NCBI GenBank assembly: GCA_963719515.1
Contig: CAVRCJ010000010.1
Coordinates: 704,001-768,000 of the forward strand
Source: an uncultured cyanobacterium
GTDB taxonomy: Bacteria > Cyanobacteriota > Cyanobacteriia > CAKZMO01
Direction of reading: 5' to 3'
DNA length: 64,000 nt
Part shown: positions 58,700 through 64,000 of the stretch, piece by piece
Position numbering within the stretch: the first letter of the stretch is position 1
Layout of the letters: every line of letters starts with the position of its first letter
Translations under genes and position numbers: made by a program
The notes under the pieces: generated by a model
The model's database searches: none
What the model was told of the DNA's origin: nothing
What the model saw: only the letters and a program-made list of their open reading frames with translations

Positions 58700-60091
58700 C
58701 TATTTGACGGCGACATGAGGCGCAGAGCCAGGAACTGTAGTGACATCGCCGGAGTCAGCCATGATGGCGTACTCAGGGTAGCCCTGCATCCGAAAGTCAG
58801 CGATATCGAGACCGATGATTTCCTCCTCCTCAGGAACCCGCAGCATGTTGAGCTTCTTGAGCACAAAGCTGACGCCGTACCCTGGGATGAAGCCCAGAAG
58901 GATAGTACAAACCAAAGTGCCCACAAGCTGGCCAACAAAGCCCGTTAGGGGAATGCCTTCCCCTTGGGGATAGCCTGTCGCCATCACACCGACTGCCATT
59001 GCGCCGATTACGCCGCAGTAGCCATGGACCGCAAACGCGCCTACCGCATCATCAATACCCGCTTTTTCAATGGCGCTACCGACAAAGGGCATGGTGTAAG
59101 CGCCGATGAAGGCAATTAGGATGACGATGGGGGGGCTGTACAGATCTAGGCCAGCGCCCACGGAGATGATGCCCGCTAGACCGCCCGAAATCGTAAAGAA
59201 GGGATCGGCCTTGGAGCCCATATAAGCGCCGACAATACCTGCCGTGAGGGCCAGAGTCGTGTTGACGCCGACAGACGCCAGGGTCATGGGCGTGCCGTAG
59301 ATGGTGGTTTCGCTCGTTTGACCCGGCGTGAAGATGACGCAACCCGCCAAAAAGGCATAGAAACCTACGAAAATCAGCATCAGGCCCACCATCGTCAGCG
59401 GCAAATTGTGGGGCAAAATTGCTCTGGGGTTGCCGTTTTCGTCAAACTTGCCAATGCGAGGCCCGAGGTTGATCAGCACGCCCAGGGCAAAGAAGCCAGA
59501 CACGCCGTGCAGCACAGCAGAGCAGCCAAAGTCGTGGTAGCCAAACTCGGTTAGGAACCAGCCGTAGGGATTCCAGCCCCAGGCGGCGGCCACAACCCAG
59601 GTAAAAGAGCCTAAGATGATAGCCAAAATGCCGTAAGCGCCGACCTTAATGCGCTCAATCACCGCACCCGAAAGGATGGAGGCGGTCGTCATCGCAAAGA
59701 GGGCGAACGCAAACCAGAACACGCCGGTTAGGTTGTCGGCAATGTTGGGACCTAGGGCCGGCGACCAAGGGTAAGAAGCCTGCACCAGTCCTAAGACCTC
59801 ACCCACAGTGCCTTCAGCATCGGGACTGGTCCAAGGTCCGACAACGCCTCCCGTGAGCGGAAACAGCGGAAAGGCGTTGTACACCCACCAGCCGAAGAAG
59901 AAGAAGGTGAGGCCGACTAATGATAATGTCAGCAGGTTCTTCACCATAGTGGCGAGAACGTTCTTTGAGCGGGAGGCCCCGCCTTCGTAGGCCAAAAAGC
60001 CCACGTGAATCAAAAGCATAAATACAGAGGCCCAATAGTAATAGGACTCTGCGACAAAGGTCGCCAGAAACTCTTGCGATTCAGGAGACAT
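58700..60091 (-). CDS. amt: ammonium/methylamine transporter (Amt family, divergent)
   Basis: SGAVIER, HDFGCSAVLH, LGPRIG and IDDAVGAFAVHG; GAGGAG RBS before ATG 60091. Confidence 0.92.
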   Translation of the reverse strand: MSPESQEFLATFVAESYYYWASVFMLLIHVGFLAYEGGASRSKNVLATMVKNLLTLSLVGLTFFFFGWWVYNAFPLFPLTGGVVGPWTSPDAEGTVGEVLGLVQASYPWSPALGPNIADNLTGVFWFAFALFAMTTASILSGAVIERIKVGAYGILAIILGSFTWVVAAAWGWNPYGWFLTEFGYHDFGCSAVLHGVSGFFALGVLINLGPRIGKFDENGNPRAILPHNLPLTMVGLMLIFVGFYAFLAGCVIFTPGQTSETTIYGTPMTLASVGVNTTLALTAGIVGAYMGSKADPFFTISGGLAGIISVGAGLDLYSPPIVILIAFIGAYTMPFVGSAIEKAGIDDAVGAFAVHGYCGVIGAMAVGVMATGYPQGEGIPLTGFVGQLVGTLVCTILLGFIPGYGVSFVLKKLNMLRVPEEEEIIGLDIADFRMQGYPEYAIMADSGDVTTVPGSAPHVAVK

Positions 60092-60613
60092 AGGACAAAC
60101 CTCTCCTCGGTTTTGATGATGATCAGAAGACAGAAACTTGACGGCAATCAATAGTGCGAAGTCTTTGAAGGACTATGCTTCAGAGCGACTTACTCTACAG
60201 CTTCCTTCAGACAAACTTACAGGCTGTAGGTCAGCGCAGCACCATTCGAACTGAAGCCAAGCCTGCAAAAACTGAAATGTCTTTGTAGTAGCCTTGATGC
60301 TGCCGCTAAACTGCTTTAGAGAGGCCTAAAGCAGGCTTTCAGACTGAGGTATTGTCACCATTTCTTGATGGACAACTCTCTATCTCAAATGGATGCGCTT
60401 GTAGCTTAAACACAGCTTGCCTGACTATCGCTATAGACAGTTGTTGTACCAAGAGTTTGCAACTCAACAGCGCTAGCGACTGTGCCAACAGCTACCAAAT
60501 AAGAACTTCCTGAAACAGAATATTGGAGCTAATGCGGCCAAGCCAACAGGCAAGACGGTTCGGGAACGCTCAGAGTTCTATTGCTGAATTGTGAAACTCT
60601 AAAGTAAGGCGAG

Positions 60614-61117
60614 CTAGGCGGATAGGGCGTCCAGTAACGTCAGAACCTTATCGGCATCGCTACGGGGAAGGTGCACCTCCAAAGTGGGTCTGCCGCCGAC
60701 TGTATGCCGCCACAGGAGCACTGCAACGCCCTCTATTTGAGCCGGGGCCGCGCAGTTGGCGGGCAGATCAAGTCGGTGGGGCGGGCGCACCGTGGCGCAG
60801 TCCCGCAGCGTCGGGAATAGCTCATCCGGCAGGGCGATCGCCCGCATCCAGTCCAGCTGCTTCACCCAGACGCTAGCCTCTAGAGATTCCACAATCTGCG
60901 CCAGCGGCCCCGAATAGCCCAGGCGAAAATTGCGATCGCACAGCCGCAGCACTGAGCAAGGTGCGCCCTGAAGCGTGGTCTCCAAAGACTGGAACGGGGC
61001 CAGCTGGTCCACCGCCTCGCCAAACAGCGCTCGCGCTGCGGAAAGTCCGTCTCGCCCCGCCATGTCCCAAGAAGCCATGCTGACTGCCCTTACTGAACTG
61101 ACTGCCTCTGTTGTCAT
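60614..61117 (-). CDS. hypothetical protein, possibly related to GCV_T/sarcosine oxidase gamma folds
   Basis: Follows the aminomethyltransferase by 5 nt; WDMAG...LAPFQS pattern. Confidence 0.55.
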   Translation of the reverse strand: MTTEAVSSVRAVSMASWDMAGRDGLSAARALFGEAVDQLAPFQSLETTLQGAPCSVLRLCDRNFRLGYSGPLAQIVESLEASVWVKQLDWMRAIALPDELFPTLRDCATVRPPHRLDLPANCAAPAQIEGVAVLLWRHTVGGRPTLEVHLPRSDADKVLTLLDALSA

Positions 61118-61122
61118 CGCCT

Positions 61123-63030
61123 TTACCCCCTAGCCCGGCTTTTAGTGGGGTCATAGGCCGCCAGCGGCCCCACGGTGGCCGTCGCGCGCCGCTTCAGCCC
61201 GTCCAGCAGGCCCACTTCGACTACAGTTCCGGCTTCGGCATACTCCGGCATTACCTGCGCCAGAGCGATGCTGCGTCCCAGACCGGGAGAGAAAGTGGCG
61301 CTGGTCACCTGCCCGACACGCCAGCGCTCCCCGGCAGCATAAACCGGCTGGCCGTGAGCGGCGACCTCGTTGCCCGCTAGAACCAGGCCCACCCCGACCC
61401 TGGGCGGATGAAGCCGAATTGCCTCTAGCGCAGCCTTACCCACAAAGTCAGGCTTCTTTAGGGCTACCGTCCAGCCAATTCCGGCCTGATACGGAGAGGT
61501 GAGGTCGTCAAACTCGGCCCCCGAGGCCAGCAGCCCCGCCTCAATCCGCGCCCGGTCTAAGGCCTGCATTCCCAAGGGCAATAGCCCAAAGGGCTGCCCC
61601 GCCGCCATCAGCCTGTCCCACAGCGCCGGGCCATACTTAGGATGGACAAACAGCTCGTAGCCCAGCTCCCCGGTATAGCCCGTGCGCGATACCAGCACCG
61701 GCAAACCGGCGTTGGCCTCTCGAGACCGAGCTAGCCCGCAGGGAAAGCTTATCGCCGCCGAAGTGAACCGGAAGTAGCGCAGCTCATCCAGTTGGGTGAC
61801 GGTGCTGTCGCTGTAAAACCGAAGTAGCGGCCCCAGAATCTCTCGGGAGGCGGGGCCTTGAAGGGCTAAGTTATGGATGCGATCGCTGGCCACTAGAATT
61901 GTGGCCTCCCAGCCGTAGCGCTGAGCCAGCTGCTCTAGCCAGCTCCCGTCGGTGTCGCAGTTGCCCACATAGCGGTAGTGGGTGGGGCCGAAGCAAAACA
62001 CCAGCCCATCGTCAATGATGCCGCCGTGGGGGCTAAGCAGGCAGCCGTAGGCCGACTGGCCGGGCACCAGCTTTTCGACGTTGCGGGAGAAGGCGTACTG
62101 GAGCAGCGCTAAAGCGTCGGGCCCCAGCACCTCGAACTTCCGCAGGGCGGAAAGGTCCATCAGCGCCGCTCGCTGCCGCAGCGCCCAGTACTCGGCCTGG
62201 TCGCCCTGGTGGGCGAAGCTGTTGGGCACCCAGAAGCCGTTATATTCCGTCAGGTCGTCCGTGAGCTGGCGAATAGAGGGGGTGAAGGCGCTGTCTTGGG
62301 TGAGCCGCAGCGGTAGGTCGGCAGCGGCGCGTCGTCCGATGGCTCGCTCAAAAGTTTGGCTAGCGGCGTAGATTCGCACGTGGATGGGGGTGGGGTGCCA
62401 GCCGTTGGCGGGGTCGATGTCGTCAGGGCAGGCGGAGCTGGCGCACAGCAGATCTTGATGGGCTTGAAGTAGCACAAAGTCGCCGGGGCGGGACCAAGAT
62501 TCGTCTGCAGTGACGGCACCTTGACAGTCAACCTCGGTGTTAAAGAAGAAGTTGATGGCGGCCCAGCCGGGCCGGGGCGCGATGCCGTGGGGAGCCAGCA
62601 CTCGGTTGAAGTTATCGCTGCAGCTAGGGTGGCCGGGGTAGCCCGCGTCTTCGTAGTAGCGAGACGTGCAGGCCAGCAGGAAACTATCGTGGCGATCGCA
62701 GGTAGATTGAATCACCTCCACCAGGGGCGCGAAAGTCTTAGAGAAATACTTGCCCTGCAGCCCCGCCGCAGGGTTGGCAAGGCCGTTCAAAGTGCGGGTG
62801 ACGGTGCCGTCGATTTCTTCGCGGTAGTCTTCGCCGCTGAAGGCCAGGAAGTCGGAGCATTGGGAGCCCTCTACGTCGATAATCTGAACGTATTGTCCGG
62901 CGGTTACCTCGTAGGCGATCGCGGTTCCGGGGGCGATGCGGTATTCGGCGACGACGGTTCCCAGCCGCGGCGGAATGTCGTTAGGGTGGCGGATATTTGC
63001 CGGGGCGGACGGGGCCGATGTAGAAACCAT
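61123..63030 (-). CDS. DUF1989 + aminomethyltransferase (GCV_T) fusion, TMAO demethylase (Tdm)-like
   Basis: GSQCSDF, RHDSFLLAC, GHPSC and SACPDDI; DLSALRKFEV, SRTGYTGELGYE and RIEAGL. Confidence 0.85.
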   Translation of the reverse strand: MVSTSAPSAPANIRHPNDIPPRLGTVVAEYRIAPGTAIAYEVTAGQYVQIIDVEGSQCSDFLAFSGEDYREEIDGTVTRTLNGLANPAAGLQGKYFSKTFAPLVEVIQSTCDRHDSFLLACTSRYYEDAGYPGHPSCSDNFNRVLAPHGIAPRPGWAAINFFFNTEVDCQGAVTADESWSRPGDFVLLQAHQDLLCASSACPDDIDPANGWHPTPIHVRIYAASQTFERAIGRRAAADLPLRLTQDSAFTPSIRQLTDDLTEYNGFWVPNSFAHQGDQAEYWALRQRAALMDLSALRKFEVLGPDALALLQYAFSRNVEKLVPGQSAYGCLLSPHGGIIDDGLVFCFGPTHYRYVGNCDTDGSWLEQLAQRYGWEATILVASDRIHNLALQGPASREILGPLLRFYSDSTVTQLDELRYFRFTSAAISFPCGLARSREANAGLPVLVSRTGYTGELGYELFVHPKYGPALWDRLMAAGQPFGLLPLGMQALDRARIEAGLLASGAEFDDLTSPYQAGIGWTVALKKPDFVGKAALEAIRLHPPRVGVGLVLAGNEVAAHGQPVYAAGERWRVGQVTSATFSPGLGRSIALAQVMPEYAEAGTVVEVGLLDGLKRRATATVGPLAAYDPTKSRARG

Positions 63031-63158
63031 AGGATGGGTCCGGAAAACGTCAATTTCATGAGCAGATCGATGGCGTCATCGTATCGGTCGGTGCGGCGCA
63101 AAAGTTCAGTGGCATCCGTTGTATCAACCATTGATGATTGGCTTCGCAACCCAACGAA

Positions 63159-64000
63159 TCAATGACAGGCCCCATGTTTACCCGGCGACGGCGGCACATC
63201 ATTCGCCGGATTCTCATCAAAGAAATTCAGCGGCTTCAGCATAAACCCAATGGTCGACACCGGCATCACCGGCCAGTCTTCCGCCCTAGGCGAATGGCTG
63301 TGGGCAAAGGTGTACCACACCACCAGGTCCGTGTCTTCAACAGAGCGATCGCCCTGGGTCCACTGGGGCAGCCCTGCCTCGCCGGGGTGCTGGTTGGGGT
63401 AAGGGCCAGCGGGAAAAGATTCATCGGGGTGGTAGGGGGTCACCCAAAGATGCTTCGACATATAGCGCGCCCGCTTGCTCACCCCGGCATCGGGATGGGC
63501 CAGGGGCAAGGTGTTCTCCCCCGGCATCAGCTTGTAGGCCGTAGGGTAGCCCATGGCGTTGGTCTTGTCGGGGTTGATGATTTTCCAGTAGCGCCCCTTC
63601 CAGGGGTCGATGGTGCGCTGGGCGGCTAGCTCGGTGGGCAGCAGGGTGGACTGGGCGTAAAAGGCGTTGCCGTAGGGGTTGTTCTCCTCATCTTCCGGCA
63701 CAATGTCTACCTCGTAGACGGAGTTGTGCGGCCCGTCAACGGCCATATCGAGCCGCACGTTGAAGATGTGCTGGTGGATGGGGGCGTTGAGCTGCGGGGC
63801 CACCAGGGTACCGTATTTAGGCACCTCTCCCGGCATGGCGGCGGCGGTGCTGACGATGCCGGTGAGCTTCACCTGATACTCAATGGTGCCGTCTTGGTAG
63901 AAGTACCAATAGAAGGCATATTCGTAGTTGCCCACCGTGGCGACGAAGGAAACCACCAAGCGGCGCGATCGCCTCACCTCAGTTTCCTCCGTGCGCCAGT
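63159..64000 (-). CDS. copper-containing primary amine oxidase; 5' end outside window
   Basis: TPQ consensus TVGNYEY, copper ligands HQH, and HSPRAEDWPVM. Confidence 0.95.
   Translation of the reverse strand, partial: WRTEETEVRRSRRLVVSFVATVGNYEYAFYWYFYQDGTIEYQVKLTGIVSTAAAMPGEVPKYGTLVAPQLNAPIHQHIFNVRLDMAVDGPHNSVYEVDIVPEDEENNPYGNAFYAQSTLLPTELAAQRTIDPWKGRYWKIINPDKTNAMGYPTAYKLMPGENTLPLAHPDAGVSKRARYMSKHLWVTPYHPDESFPAGPYPNQHPGEAGLPQWTQGDRSVEDTDLVVWYTFAHSHSPRAEDWPVMPVSTIGFMLKPLNFFDENPANDVPPSPGKHGACH

Noticed and set aside
60092..60613. Possible guanidine or other riboswitch upstream of amt
   Set aside because: No consensus motif recognised by eye; needs an Rfam scan
1..64000. Many antisense and overlapping ORFs in the six-frame track
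   Set aside because: Shadows of well-supported genes in GC-rich DNA, with no recognisable motifs

Overview
This window looks like a cyanobacterial chromosome segment: it carries psbA and dense HIP1 GCGATCGC sites, and a filamentous Leptolyngbya/Nodosilinea-like source is my inference. Housekeeping genes (DAHP synthase, htpX, psbA, proS, gltX, an XPB-like helicase) alternate with three kinds of accessory DNA. (1) Mobile DNA: a TnpB element carrying a small ribbon-helix-helix gene instead of tnpA, a complete IS4 with terminal inverted repeats and a 10-bp target duplication, a truncated TnpB abutting an IS1 remnant, 21-39 nt in-frame palindromic insertions, and several dispersed repeat families. 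(2) Conflict/defence loci: a CHAT-STAND-TPR protein, an AT-rich two-gene cassette bracketed by four Uma2 genes, and a VMAP-MoxR-vWA ternary system at 29.3-36.5 kb. In that system the VMAP N-terminus and the C-terminus of a convergent caspase share a ~45-aa G/Q/N-rich, amyloid-like motif, which is the best candidate here for an undescribed system. (3) A large amine-utilisation region (49.8-64 kb) with two GlnT/GmaS-like ligases, a GATase, a divergent Amt, a Tdm-like DUF1989-GCV_T protein, a copper amine oxidase, and aldehyde and alcohol dehydrogenases. I recognised no CRISPR array, rRNA or tRNA. All family assignments come from motifs read by eye, not from database searches.
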